Assembly (NCBI RefSeq): GCF_964194155.1
Contig: NC_135887.1
Location: 37,138,001 to 37,202,000, forward strand
Direction: 5' to 3'
DNA: 64,000 nucleotides
Origin: Cetorhinus maximus
Taxonomy: Eukaryota
Below are positions 62,451-64,000 of this stretch, in pieces. Positions within the stretch are counted from its first letter, which is position 1, and each line of letters begins with the position of its first letter. A model generated the notes under the pieces. That model saw only the letters and a program-made list of their open reading frames with translations, had not been told where the DNA came from and did no database searches. The translations under genes were made by a program, and so were the position numbers.

Positions 62451-64000
62451 TACCTGGATGAGAGCCAGTAGAAAGGCAGGGTTGTCTGGAATCTGCATTA
62501 TCTAGGCCTCAATGGATTTGTGAACACAATAAATTTAGTGGAGTAATAAATTTAGTGAACATTTCCTTTAAAGGTTTCCCTCCATCCCAAAGCCACCAAC
62601 CCTGTACTGAGCCCCTTGCCTGGCGTCCCATGGAAAGACATGGGAATCCCAACCCCACCCCTTCCACGTATAGCATATCCTGCAGGAGCAGCGATGTGTG
62701 TTCCTCCCGTTCACATATGGCTGCACGTGAAGACATTGCTCTTTGACCAGGATGATGAGAGCCATGTGCGAGAAGCCTCCCTCTGACACTATCCCACTTG
62801 TCTCCACTACCCTCGAGACTCTATAGAGAGACCATTTCCTTGGCAGCATAGAAAGACTAACTACATGAGCCCTTGTCAGCCATGACCATTCACCTGGGAG
62901 GATTGAGGTGTGGAGTCAGGAGTTTGCTGTCATCCATTAGCGTGCCCCTTGGAGGCCGGCTTGATCGGATGGAAGGCAAGAGAGATTAAATGACTGAAGG
63001 GATGATGCTGCAGGGAAAAAGAGATGGTAATGGAACAAAGTAGAGAAACAAAAGATGGGTCTAGAGGAGGTGCAAATGGAACTGACTGAATGGTAAAAAT
63101 AAATACTGTGATTGATTAATCCTTCTACTTTGTTTGTCACCACACTACCTATTTAAACACTCTGACAGAAGTGTGAAAATTGTTAATGGTTTGAGATTGC
63201 TGTTTGATAATTCCGATTCAGAGCACTCTCTGGTTCCACTCAATACTGACAGCTGTAACATTGAAAAGAAAAAAAACTATAAATGCTGGGATTCTGAAAC
63301 AAAACCGAAAGATGTAAGAAATACACAGTAAGCTCATTAACATCTAAAAAGAGTCTGAAGATGGTTTCATGCTTCAGGTATAAGCACCTTGCTATAACGT
63401 TTCAGGTGTGAATCTTTCATTCTTACAAAGATCTATACTCAAAATGGTAATCCATCTTTACACTGTTCAGAGGTATGGAATTGACAGAATAGCATCAATT
63501 TAACCTGGGGGGTGCCCATGGCAGAAACGTAATTCTCCATGTTGAGCTCAGCGTGAGGCTGAACCATTTTAGTTCCCGGCTTTATGTGAACAAAGAGTAC
63601 TGATTCCCACTGAAAAACAGTAGGATCCAGTGGGCGGAATCAGGAATCAGGCTGGGAGCTCGAGGATGTCAGGGATGAAAGGGACCAGTCTCTGCTATGA
63701 AGTAAACACTGGGAAGTAGTGGGGCTGGGGTTGGTTGACAACTAATAAAAATGCTAAAGGGAGAGACAAGAATAGTATAATGGAGGTTCAAGGAATCTTT
63801 GCAGAGCCTGGATGAACACTCCAGTTGCCCCGAACTCACAAGGGTCCCACAGAAAAGTTACATTTTTAAACTTACCTTGGCCTCTTCTTGCCACCCCGTA
63901 ATGCCTGCTGTGGTTTGGCTTTTAGGATCGATCCCCTACCTGTAGGCCTCTTATATCCAGTCGTTAAAATGCCAATGTGACACCGATGATGTAATCAGGC

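Overview
This is eukaryotic, repeat-rich vertebrate DNA. The repeat families (CR1, L2, RTE, DeuSINE, Penelope-like, Harbinger) suggest a cartilaginous fish; that is inference. The only intact host genes are three single-exon, minus-strand claudin-4-like genes (2706-3338, 16078-16710, 47398-48030). They show concerted evolution: copies 1 and 2 are near-identical over promoter, CDS and 3'UTR inside much more diverged homologous flanks, and the copy-2 CDS is a copy-1/copy-3 mosaic. The rest is nested mobile DNA. It includes two Penelope-like elements with minimal hammerhead-ribozyme motifs, many short TSD-flanked inserts of the same terminal repeat, two solo LTRs, RTE/CR1/L2 LINEs, DeuSINEs, and Harbinger transposase, Myb and MITE remnants. 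The most notable item is a decayed minus-strand provirus (29185-36278): LTR, tRNA-Asn PBS, coiled-coil gag remnant, no visible pol, env, PPT, LTR. Its env has a furin site, fusion peptide, heptad, Cys-rich domain and TM, resembling paramyxovirus-F-like (lokiretrovirus-type) envelopes. Most short ORFs in the track are repeat by-products. Boundaries of old repeats are approximate.
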